Source: Capsulimonadaceae bacterium
Lineage (GTDB): Bacteria; Armatimonadota; Armatimonadia; Armatimonadales; Capsulimonadaceae
Assembly (NCBI GenBank): GCA_965215505.1
Contig: OZ244065.1
Coordinates: 4,544,001 to 4,608,000, forward strand
Length of the DNA stretch: 64,000 nucleotides
Direction of reading: 5' to 3'
The position numbers and the translations under genes were made by a program. Of this stretch, positions 27,601-35,525 are shown in pieces. Below the pieces are notes generated by a model. It did not search any database. It saw only the letters and a program-made list of their open reading frames with translations, and was not told the origin of the DNA. Every line of letters starts with the position of its first letter. The stretch's first letter is position 1.

Positions 27601-27723
27601 GTACGAACTCACCCGCCGTTCGGGAACGACGCGGTTGGTGATGCCCTCGCCATCAAACTCGTGATGCTGCTTTGGTTCGTGATATGGGCTGTTGATGATG
27701 GGGTTTTTGATGACTTCAGGCAT
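24655..27723 (-). CDS. Type III restriction endonuclease Res-like subunit (SF2 helicase + PD-(D/E)XK)
   Basis: CTGGGKT, LNDEGHHC, LSATP, SVSMLTEGWD, QVVGRALRR and YFPDFI...IIEVTG; start placed at MPEVIKNPIINSPY. Confidence 0.88.
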   Translation of the reverse strand: MPEVIKNPIINSPYHEPKQHHEFDGEGITNRVVPERRVSSYFSPIPKVKSRKAQMAVLPGMDEPVPEKVEENRYINELRAYVKVWRSGERRYEGVTRTTRLLLDYWQDEGRFRRLFFAQIEAAETAIFLTEVVPNIPQYRHFAVTLSAANETASSTLQRTAFKLCTGGGKTAVMGMLIAWHTLNKLANPQNPKFADAFLLVAPGITIRDRLRVLLPSDPNNYYADLELVPPHLRDDMNRAKIALVNFHAFRLRDTGDAAALTKKLLTGKDVSPFLETPAQMVARVCRDLGTKKNVVVLNDEGHHCWTRKPDTDAAAAMTALTAEEKRALQKESKAAHLWHTGLEHVKAKLGVRAIYDLSATPFFLKGSGYPEGALFPWVASDFSLIDGIESGIVKVPRVPVSDDTMASEGPKFRNLWVNIKHGLPKAGRGKTAERASEDPNLPKELEAALDALYTNYRKFYERWEGSPAARAATTPPVFIVVCQNTQISKLVYDYVAGYEITLNDGKTKKLKRGEFDLFSNVSEDAQWLHRPNTILVDSEQLDSGEGLTDDFKKIAAREIEEFKSEYRIRYPGRDSDDLDDEDILREVMNTVGKRGKLGEGVRCVVSVSMLTEGWDANTVTHVLGVCAFGTQLLCEQVVGRALRRMSYAPNEHGMLEPEYAEVFGVPFSFIPSAGTPTDPQPGPIPTRVRALEERREACEIRFPRVLGYRFDLPTERLTADFQLDHHYSLSTKDIPMDTENAPIIGESVTISVEEARHRRVQEVEFYLAHLILKRYFPTGSGNDKSWLFPQVLSITKRWMKDCLHCGDRTFPQLLRFREPADEAAEKIYGGIVNGGQDTPVKRLLPILRPYEYVGTTRHVDYLTTRPTYVTRADKCHISHVVCDTDSWEQKMAQVLEEMDEVRCYVKNHNIGFTIPYTLAGKERQYFPDFIAHVDDGYGKNDPLQLIIEVTGLRKNDKQQKAMTAKGFWVPAVNNYGATNYQTFGRWSYIEIADPWEAASVIRGHIANDPFAHWFPTRKEEN

Positions 27724-28294
27724 GGGGTCCGTTTCTCGTGCGCGGGATGCACCGAGAAATTCCACAAAGCGGCCTTGAACTCCTGCACGATTATCCCAAA
27801 GCCTGATAGCGCGATTGGCGGCAGGCACTCCTGCACGCGCTACAAGCCTCCTCGAAGACGTTGACGGTGTCCGGTCATCACGACGCCTGGAAATGCGTCC
27901 TGGGGGTGTTCTGCGCGGTCCTGAGGCATATGGACGAGACAAACCGGGGGCGCACCGAAACCGGACGGCGGGCGCACCACCGGGTAGCCTGGAGCATGAC
28001 GGTGCCAGACACCGCAAATACCTTCCGCCAGAATGCCGATGACGAGGATGACGGTAAGCCACTCCTCCAACTTGACGCTTCCAGAGACCGAGGGGAGACA
28101 GGAACACAGAGATGCCCCGGTCGAGATGGCGACTTCTGAGTGCGAGTTGTAACCACATGAATGATAGACGTATGTCTAAAAAATGGTGTGGTTCCGGGGT
28201 ATCATGAACGCGGTGCAGGTGGGGACCACTTTTATCCCGAAGCACCTCTATGTAGGATGATCCGAGATCATCCCTGATAAAGGAAGCCAACACA

Positions 28295-30325
28295 ATGGAT
28301 AAAATATGGACCCCCGACGCCCTCGTCCGGGAACTCGAAACGATGACGCCTGCCCATGCCGTGGATGTGACGGGGAGCATTGACCCGCGCAGATGTTCGA
28401 CGCCCCTCATCGACCGCATCCTGATCGATGGCGAGGTCATCGAACTGTCTCTCGTCGGTGGTCGCTACGGCGCGGGCAAGGTGCGTGTCTCCACCAAACG
28501 CCAGCGCACGGGCAAAGAGGCCAACCCGGACGGATTCAGCGAGAGCGACCAGGTCAGGCGCATCATCAACCACTTCGTGGCCCTGCGCCAGAGTTTCCGC
28601 ATCTTCACCGACTGCGGACTGAGCGGCAGCCTCCCGCCCAACGACCCGTACCTGATGAAGAAAATGTGGACCAAGAAGGCCGTCATGTACGGGCGCATCT
28701 TCGACAAGGTCTTCCTGTCCGAGTTCGCTGCCGAGAAGTTCACGAAGCTGCAGTTGCTCGAACTCAAGGGATACCGGGACGCCCGCGTCAAGAAAATCCT
28801 CGCGGGCAAGCTGGGCGTCGAGGAAGAACCGGTCGAGCCTGAGGACCCGGAGGCCGAAACCGAGAAGCTGGTTCTCCGGGGGCGGCCCCGGATCACGCTC
28901 GACTACCGACCGGGGCTGACCCTGCTGATGCAGTCGCTGGACGAAATTCACACGGTGGCCGTCACGGACCTGTCGCGCCTGTGCCGCTCCCAGGTCCTGG
29001 CGGCGGAACTGGCTGAACAGTTCATCGAGCACAAGGTCAAGCTGGAGGGCCTCGTCGAGACGATCAAGTTCTTCAACAGCACCGAGTTCGGCGACGAGAT
29101 CGCCAAGGTCGTCCTGTCCATGCTGGCGGAGCAGAAACTTCAGGAGGTGTGTCTGCACTCCCTGCGCGGCCTATACGCGATGCTGGAGTCGGGTAGGCCC
29201 CACGGCACGCCACCGCACTGGATTACCAAGAACGAGAACGGCAAGGCCGTCCTGAAGCCCGGACCCGCCGAAACCGTCAAGGAGATCGTGGAGATGTACC
29301 TCTCCTCGGACGACGTGTCGGCCAACGTGATCCGCAACTCGCTGCGCGAACGCGGCGTGAAGATGCCTTCGGGCCGCGAGTACGGTACTCACACCATCTA
29401 TCACCTCCTGAAGAACCCCGCCCTCATGGGCGTGCAGAAGAACTTCGGCATCTCCTGGCACATTTACCCCGCCTTGGTGACCCCGGAGCAGTTTGAGTTA
29501 ATCCAGATCAAGGTGACGCGCAGGCGCAGTTACCGGTACTCCAACAACAGCGTCAAGGAGAAGGACGGCTACCTGATGACATCCATGGTCAGGTGCCACT
29601 GCGGGACAGCCGTCGTCCACGCCGTGACAGGCAGGCGCGTCCATCTCTACCGCTGTCGGCGAAAGAACGAGAGCGGGGCGTCCCACCACGGCGCGATCTA
29701 CCACGACTCGCTGAACGACTTCATCAACGGCCTGATGTCCGCACACCCGCTCGTCGTGTTGGGGTCATTCAAGAACGACGCCAAGTACACCGAACTGAAG
29801 GCGCAGATCAAGCACCTGGAGCATCAGGCGGCGGAACTGAAGGTCCAGCAGCGTATGGCGCACGAGGCGGCCAGGAACCGGGCGGTCGAGCAACTGGCCC
29901 TCTCCAACATCGACGACAGCAACCCCATGTTCTCGGCGACGGTGGACACGCTGACGAGGGCGTTCCTCGTGGACAAGAACGAGCACGCCCAGCACATCGA
30001 GGACACCCTGACGAAGCTGCGCCTGAAGCTGAACGGCCTTGTACCCGCGGATAAGTTCCTGACGATTGAGGAGCGGGTCCGCTGCTGGAACGGCCTGAGC
30101 AACACCGAGAAGAACACGATCCTGTTGCTGCTCTTCGAGAAGTTTCAACTGAGGAAGGTCGACGGCCAGCAGTTCCTGGAGGTGCGGCTGAACAACTCGA
30201 CGCGCACGGTCATGCCGCTCATCCCGCTGATCCTGCCCGCAGGACGGGTCCGCAACCGGACGTGTCTGCTGCCGACGGTGGAGGAGTGGCTACTCGGCTT
30301 CACGAGCGTAGAGGAACAGCCGTAG
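28295..30325 (+). CDS. Large serine recombinase 1 (with insertion in the catalytic domain)
   Basis: VRVSTKRQ, FTDCGLSG, RPGL, DLSRLCRS; recombinase domain; CHCG...YRC zinc ribbon; coiled coil. Confidence 0.85.
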   Translation: MDKIWTPDALVRELETMTPAHAVDVTGSIDPRRCSTPLIDRILIDGEVIELSLVGGRYGAGKVRVSTKRQRTGKEANPDGFSESDQVRRIINHFVALRQSFRIFTDCGLSGSLPPNDPYLMKKMWTKKAVMYGRIFDKVFLSEFAAEKFTKLQLLELKGYRDARVKKILAGKLGVEEEPVEPEDPEAETEKLVLRGRPRITLDYRPGLTLLMQSLDEIHTVAVTDLSRLCRSQVLAAELAEQFIEHKVKLEGLVETIKFFNSTEFGDEIAKVVLSMLAEQKLQEVCLHSLRGLYAMLESGRPHGTPPHWITKNENGKAVLKPGPAETVKEIVEMYLSSDDVSANVIRNSLRERGVKMPSGREYGTHTIYHLLKNPALMGVQKNFGISWHIYPALVTPEQFELIQIKVTRRRSYRYSNNSVKEKDGYLMTSMVRCHCGTAVVHAVTGRRVHLYRCRRKNESGASHHGAIYHDSLNDFINGLMSAHPLVVLGSFKNDAKYTELKAQIKHLEHQAAELKVQQRMAHEAARNRAVEQLALSNIDDSNPMFSATVDTLTRAFLVDKNEHAQHIEDTLTKLRLKLNGLVPADKFLTIEERVRCWNGLSNTEKNTILLLLFEKFQLRKVDGQQFLEVRLNNSTRTVMPLIPLILPAGRVRNRTCLLPTVEEWLLGFTSVEEQP

Positions 30326-30508
30326 GCCATGGAAGGCCCGCACGTGCCGCTCCTCGCCCCCCTTTTCGGCCATGGCCGAGAGGTTGCGGGCTACAAGGTC
30401 CCGGTTCCGGTGTAGGTCGGGGTGGCATTGGTCCTCGGGCGCGGCCTGAATAAGTCGGGCCAGGTGGAGGTAGTCATCGCGTGTCGGATTCTCGGTGAAG
30501 ATGCTCAT
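30290..30508 (-). CDS. Small hypothetical protein
   Basis: 72-aa helical ORF downstream of Prim-Pol on the same strand; no recognisable motif. Confidence 0.35.
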   Translation of the reverse strand: MSIFTENPTRDDYLHLARLIQAAPEDQCHPDLHRNRDLVARNLSAMAEKGGEERHVRAFHGLRLFLYAREAE

Positions 30509-30633
30509 GTGGTTCTACCCTGTCTGCTCATTCATGGCGTCCATGCTGGTGATGTTCGGCATAGAGCCTCCCAGAACATTCTACCCCAAACTCGCATCGG
30601 CCAGGACCACCCGGTCCTGGCCGATGCGTCCGT

Positions 30634-32232
30634 CTACTGCCGCGCCAGCCAATTCCGCTTCTGCGCCTCGATGATCGCCGTCGCGTGCCGCTCGCGCTCC
30701 TCCCGATGGCGTTGGACGCGCCCCTCCGCCCTGCCCAGCGTCCCCTGCTCCTGCGCGATCTGGTCCAACACCGCGACGGACACGTCCACCGCACGCCAGT
30801 GTCCGTCATCGGCATGGGCAAGGCCATGACCGTCCAGCTTCCCGAGGGCGAGCCTGACCGTGGGCCGCGTCTTGCCCGTGCGCGCCACGATCTCCGCCTC
30901 CGTCAGCCCCGGAGCCGCCTGTAACGTTGTCCAGCAGGCCAGGGCCGACTTACCCAGCGCAAGGCTGTGCCAGACGTCGTGGGCCTCCGAGTTCCGTACA
31001 CTAACCCCTACAAGGGCGTAGGCTTCGCCTACTGTACGGGTTTGGGATTGGTTCTCCCCGCTGGCGGGGGGAGGGCAGACCGGTTCCTGGGCGACAGGAA
31101 CGTACTCCGAGAGGACGTGGACGGCCAGGGAGTAGCGGGCACTGCGCGCCGCCCCATCCTGACCCTCCAAGTGGACCAAGCCCGCTTTCACCAGCCGAGA
31201 CAGAGCCGCGCACGCCGTCTCCTTGTTGACCCCTGCCAACTCCGCCACCTCGCGCACCGACCCCCGGAACGGTATCCCGCCGTCCATCCGCATCCGCTGG
31301 CACAGGGCCAGGTACACGGCCCGGTCGGTGTTGCCCGTCCTTCCGGGCCACGGGCGGGCTTCGGCCCAGCGCATGAAGGCCGAGGAGTGAGGATCGCCTG
31401 GCCTGCGGGATGAGGCCCGGTCGGGCGGCCTCTGCTTCATGCGGGCCTGATCGAGCACCGACCGCTTGAAGTGCGTCTCGCCCACCTTGGCGTAGTGCGG
31501 CGGCGGGAAGAGCGAGAGGAGGTACATGATGTCGGCGTCACCATAGCCGACGCCGATCAGCGACAGGCAGACCGCGAACTCGGCCTCGCTGTCCGAGTGG
31601 TAGGCCGAGGTGTCCTGCTCGACGAGCACCCGGTCCGCGACCACGGGCAGTTCGTGCATCTTCCCCCTGGCCCTGCGGCGGCCCACCGTCTCCAGGCCCA
31701 GTCCGAGCACGCCGAGCGTGTCCAGGGACACCAGCGGCGGCTGCGGGCCTGCGCGGTGCAGCCACTCGTAGACCATGCCCGACGGATGAAGGCTGGGCGG
31801 GGCGACGGTGTACTTGCGGTTGCCGAGGACGTCCACGTCGCCTACCTTCGCGTTCGCGACTTCCCCATCCTGGCACCGGAGCCAGTATTGCCCGCCGTCC
31901 ACGCCGTTCCGGGGCCAGGCCGCGATGCTGAGGGTCGCCAGGCCGTGGCCGATTCGCTGGAAGGACCCTTCGGAGTCGCAGTCCAGGACGAACAGGTTCC
32001 CGGACAATCTGCCCGTCATGACGGCGATGTTGCTGCCCCGCACCAACGCGGGGAGGCTGGGCCTGTGCAGGCGCGTGGTCGTCAGGATGCTATGGGAGCC
32101 ATACGGCTCCTTGCTGGCCCGGATGACCGGGAACACGTTCAGGCTCGCGTCGTAGAGGTCCAGGGCTTCGCGGATGGAGTCGTCCCAGTCCTCGGCGGGA
32201 GTCTGCGGGGTAGGGTGTTGAATCTCATCCAT
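30634..32232 (-). CDS. Bifunctional primase/polymerase (Prim-Pol, AEP) replication protein with C-terminal HTH domains
   Basis: VFPV...KEP, NIAVMTG, VLDCD, YTVAPPSLHPSG.VYEW; SVREVAELAGVNKETACAALSRL and LTEAEIVARTGKTRPTVRLAL HTHs. Confidence 0.8.
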   Translation of the reverse strand: MDEIQHPTPQTPAEDWDDSIREALDLYDASLNVFPVIRASKEPYGSHSILTTTRLHRPSLPALVRGSNIAVMTGRLSGNLFVLDCDSEGSFQRIGHGLATLSIAAWPRNGVDGGQYWLRCQDGEVANAKVGDVDVLGNRKYTVAPPSLHPSGMVYEWLHRAGPQPPLVSLDTLGVLGLGLETVGRRRARGKMHELPVVADRVLVEQDTSAYHSDSEAEFAVCLSLIGVGYGDADIMYLLSLFPPPHYAKVGETHFKRSVLDQARMKQRPPDRASSRRPGDPHSSAFMRWAEARPWPGRTGNTDRAVYLALCQRMRMDGGIPFRGSVREVAELAGVNKETACAALSRLVKAGLVHLEGQDGAARSARYSLAVHVLSEYVPVAQEPVCPPPASGENQSQTRTVGEAYALVGVSVRNSEAHDVWHSLALGKSALACWTTLQAAPGLTEAEIVARTGKTRPTVRLALGKLDGHGLAHADDGHWRAVDVSVAVLDQIAQEQGTLGRAEGRVQRHREERERHATAIIEAQKRNWLARQ

Positions 32233-32437
32233 GATATTGTGTTGCCGCCCCTCTGAACTCGTCGCGGCTCATCAGCACCGTCTTGCCTCGGTGTCGGTAG
32301 GCCGCGAGTACCGTCCGAACGACTCCGGGGTGCGCTCTAACCCACTCCAGCCCCTCGTACTCTCCCGTACCGTCCGGGGTTTTCTTTATCTCGCCCGCCG
32401 TCACAGGCACTGCTGACGGCGCGGTTTCGGTAACCAT
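32225..32437 (-). CDS. Small hypothetical protein coupled to Prim-Pol (possible directionality factor or regulator)
   Basis: GAGAGG RBS; stop overlaps the Prim-Pol start. Confidence 0.45.
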   Translation of the reverse strand: MVTETAPSAVPVTAGEIKKTPDGTGEYEGLEWVRAHPGVVRTVLAAYRHRGKTVLMSRDEFRGAATQYHG

Positions 32438-32640
32438 TTTCTGCCTCTCATAACGCTATGTCACGACTTCGCTGTCCCACCCGACCCGAAAGAGCGTGGT
32501 GGAATGACAGCGGCCTCGTGTGGTGCATGATAGTGCCGTGGATGGCCTGCGAACGGAAAATAGTTGATAATTTTTTTGAGACCCGGTAAAATGAGCAGGG
32601 TTTGAAGATCGCAAGAATACTTCCGGTGGACGGGCAGAAC

Positions 32641-34293
32641 ATGACAAAGAACTTAAAAAGGAACGTGGTCATCTCGAATCAAGTCGTTGATGATGCAGCG
32701 GATCGGACAGGTCGGGTTGCGATTCGTGTAAGCGAACAAGGTGACCGTGGGAAGATGAACGATCAAGGAGAAATCGAGCGCGGCTTTTATTCGCCAGAGG
32801 TTCAGTCGGAGGCCGCTTCAGAATTGTATGCCCGTCTGGGCATATGGTACGATGCCAAGACATCATTGGACTTGCAGGACATCGACCGCCGCGCCAGTAA
32901 AGATGGATCGGTTCTGGCACGCGAAGGCATTCAACAGCATCTTGAGGATGCCAAGAACAAGAAATTCACTGACATCGCCTTTTACAAAGTGTCGCGCATG
33001 GCGCGGTCACCTACAGATGGAATCCAACTTGTCCTCGATTTCATCGCGGCTGGAGTCCGGGTTCACTTCATAAAAGATAAACTGCCCGATGTGAATACCG
33101 CTGTAGGGCAGACTTTTCTTTTCTGGTTTTTGAATCAGGCGCGAGCAGAGTCCGAGAACACGGGCCAATTCATATCCGATACCATCGCCCTCAAGTGGAA
33201 AAAAGGCATTCCGCACGGTGTCACGCACGGCTGGCTCCAAAAGACCAACGGGGCGTACACAATCCAGGAGCAGGGTTGGAAGACCTATCGGCGTTTGATC
33301 GTCTTGGGGCTGGAGGGACACTCATACAGCGCAATCTCCCGTCGGCTGAACACCGAGGGTTTCCCGACGAAGCGCGGGAAATTGTGGACCGCTGCCCAGG
33401 TCTCGGGCATCCTCAGAGTCGAGAACATCCCGAAGTTGCTTGGCACCGCCGTCTGTGATGATCTCCTGGACAAAGAGGGGAGGCCGATCAGAATCCACGG
33501 AGCGTGGCCTGCGCTCATCTCGGAAGAGGAGGCGGCTCAACTACGGTTGCTCGCGCCGATAAAAACAGCCAGTGTGCCGTGTGTCAAGAACCAGCGGACG
33601 AACTACGCCCGTAACCGGTTTTTGCTTTCCGGGATAGTCCGGTGTTCCATATGCGGGGAATCCTTGAACGCTGGACACGGGCACACGAGGGGTGGGGAGT
33701 ACGACACCTACTGCTGCAAGCAGGGGGCCAACGGACATCCGCTTCACGAGGCAGCCCTCCACGACGAGGATGGGGCTTGGGTGAAAGGGAACAAAACCAT
33801 CCAGGTGGACAAGGAGAACCTGGACGAGGCCGTATTGAGAGTCGTCACCCACGGGATGGACGTGCCCGATGTCGAGAAGGCCATGGAAGAGCGCAAGCCG
33901 AAGGCGAAGGCCAAAGTTCGAACCACGGGTGACATCGAGAAAGACGCGATGAAACTGCTCAAGCAAAAGGACGAGATACCGGATTGGCTCTTCGCCAAAC
34001 GGATGCAGGAACTGGATGCGGAGCGGTCTAAGGTGATGAGCGAGATGGAGGACCAGCAAAGCCAGCGGAACTTAGACTTGGCGATGCGGCGCGAGCAGGA
34101 CGAGCAGGTCGCGAAGAAACTCATGATCCGTGCGCTGGTGGCGTCGGCGACGTTCCCGCACTCGCTCCAGGGCAAGCGACGGGTCTACCGGGCGGTCAGG
34201 GTCGTGATGAAGACGGGCGGGGCATACCTCGCGCCGATCCACAAGGAAGATTTCACCGGAGTCCGGGCCGTAGTCCGGGATGACGCTGTATGA
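32641..34293 (+). CDS. Large serine recombinase 2
   Basis: AIRVSEQ, YSPEVQ, YKVSRMARS, ARAESENTG, SYSAISRRLNTEGFPTKRGKLW, WPALISEE and LLSGIVRCSICG...YCC; start may be 32602 or 32641. Confidence 0.88.
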   Translation: MTKNLKRNVVISNQVVDDAADRTGRVAIRVSEQGDRGKMNDQGEIERGFYSPEVQSEAASELYARLGIWYDAKTSLDLQDIDRRASKDGSVLAREGIQQHLEDAKNKKFTDIAFYKVSRMARSPTDGIQLVLDFIAAGVRVHFIKDKLPDVNTAVGQTFLFWFLNQARAESENTGQFISDTIALKWKKGIPHGVTHGWLQKTNGAYTIQEQGWKTYRRLIVLGLEGHSYSAISRRLNTEGFPTKRGKLWTAAQVSGILRVENIPKLLGTAVCDDLLDKEGRPIRIHGAWPALISEEEAAQLRLLAPIKTASVPCVKNQRTNYARNRFLLSGIVRCSICGESLNAGHGHTRGGEYDTYCCKQGANGHPLHEAALHDEDGAWVKGNKTIQVDKENLDEAVLRVVTHGMDVPDVEKAMEERKPKAKAKVRTTGDIEKDAMKLLKQKDEIPDWLFAKRMQELDAERSKVMSEMEDQQSQRNLDLAMRREQDEQVAKKLMIRALVASATFPHSLQGKRRVYRAVRVVMKTGGAYLAPIHKEDFTGVRAVVRDDAV

Positions 34294-34510
34294 CTCAGAA
34301 GGGGCGAAGAGTCCCGCGCCCGGACATCCCATCCGCTCCGCACCATTGTGTCAGGCAACCGGAAGCGATTCCCGCCCGCCCGCTTGAAAGATCACATTCC
34401 GTGGTATAGTAATTGTATCCCAAGATTGATTGGGTCAGGTTCTTGCAAAACCCTCGCCGACATTTTCCCGTCGAACCGCCCCGCGGCGAGGAAGCAGCGC
34501 ATGAACCATC

Positions 34511-35470
34511 ATGGCCTATCACCAGACCGAACAGCCGCACGGCCCTGTTGACCTTTCCTTTCCGGTCCCGGATCACGCCCGCGTTGTCGCCGTCGGTGCC
34601 TCGGCGGGCGGGCTACAGGCCCTCGGCCTAATCCTGGCCGCCCTGCCTGCCCACTTCCCCGCGCCCGTCCTTGTCGTCCAGCACCTGTCCCCCGACTTCC
34701 CCAGCCAACTCGCCCGCCTCCTGGGACGCCACACGGCCCTGCACGTCAAGCAGGCCGCCCAGGGCGACCGCCTCCGGGCGGGCTGGGTGTACGTCGCCCC
34801 ACCCGGAAAGCACCTGTTGGCCTGTGCCGACGGGAGCCTCGCGCTGACCCTCACCCACAAAGTGCACCACTGCCGCCCGTCCGCCGACGTGCTGCTCACC
34901 TCCGTGGCGGCCAGTTTCGGGGTCCGGGCGGTCGGCGTGATCCTGACGGGCGGCGACGGGGACGGTGCGGCGGGCATCCAGGCAATCAAGGCAGCGGGCG
35001 GTGTCACCATCGCCCAAGACCTGTCCAGCAGCCAGCAACCCAGTATGCCTCGAAACGCCGCCGCGACGGGGGACGTGGACCATGTGCTGCCGTTGTCCGA
35101 CATCGCCGCCGCTCTGATGGCTCTAACGGGTCCGGGGGGGCAGTCTGCCACTGAAAGAGAACGCCCCAGCGAAGACGAGACCGAGGTCCATGAGAATGGG
35201 AACCGGGCGGGGCGTTTCGAGTGTGACAGGGTCAATGAGAGGGCGCGGGTGAGGCGGAACCGCGTCGCAGGTCTGCTGAAGCGGGCGCAGGCGACGCCGA
35301 CTTCCCCTGGCCTCCTGGAGGAGGCGGTCGCAGAACTTGCGGCCTGTTCGGGGGCGTTGGGGGTGGCGGAGGAGGCTTTACGGGTGCAAAGTGACGTTAT
35401 CACATCGTACTGGCTGGCTCTCGGGGCCGAAGCCGCAGGGCCGCCGACCCGCGGAACGTCCCCTTCCTGA
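34511..35470 (+). CDS. CheB-type methylesterase with a C-terminal coiled-coil extension
   Basis: VGASAGG, VVQH, RPSADVL and ILTGGDGDG (S-H-D triad); no receiver domain. Confidence 0.85.
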   Translation: MAYHQTEQPHGPVDLSFPVPDHARVVAVGASAGGLQALGLILAALPAHFPAPVLVVQHLSPDFPSQLARLLGRHTALHVKQAAQGDRLRAGWVYVAPPGKHLLACADGSLALTLTHKVHHCRPSADVLLTSVAASFGVRAVGVILTGGDGDGAAGIQAIKAAGGVTIAQDLSSSQQPSMPRNAAATGDVDHVLPLSDIAAALMALTGPGGQSATERERPSEDETEVHENGNRAGRFECDRVNERARVRRNRVAGLLKRAQATPTSPGLLEEAVAELAACSGALGVAEEALRVQSDVITSYWLALGAEAAGPPTRGTSPS

Positions 35471-35525
35471 GAGGGAAAGTATTCGGAGGAATGATTGAGG
35501 AAAATCATTCAGAACTGAGACAACC

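Noticed and set aside
27840-28070. Small ORF with a pilin-like hydrophobic start
   Set aside because: No G-F-x-x-x-E cleavage motif, weak start, and no supporting context
27724-28440. N-terminal 239 aa of the 1261-aa Res ORF
   Set aside because: Low-complexity sequence that overlaps LSR1 antisense; the conserved Res-like sequence begins at MPEVIKNP (27723)
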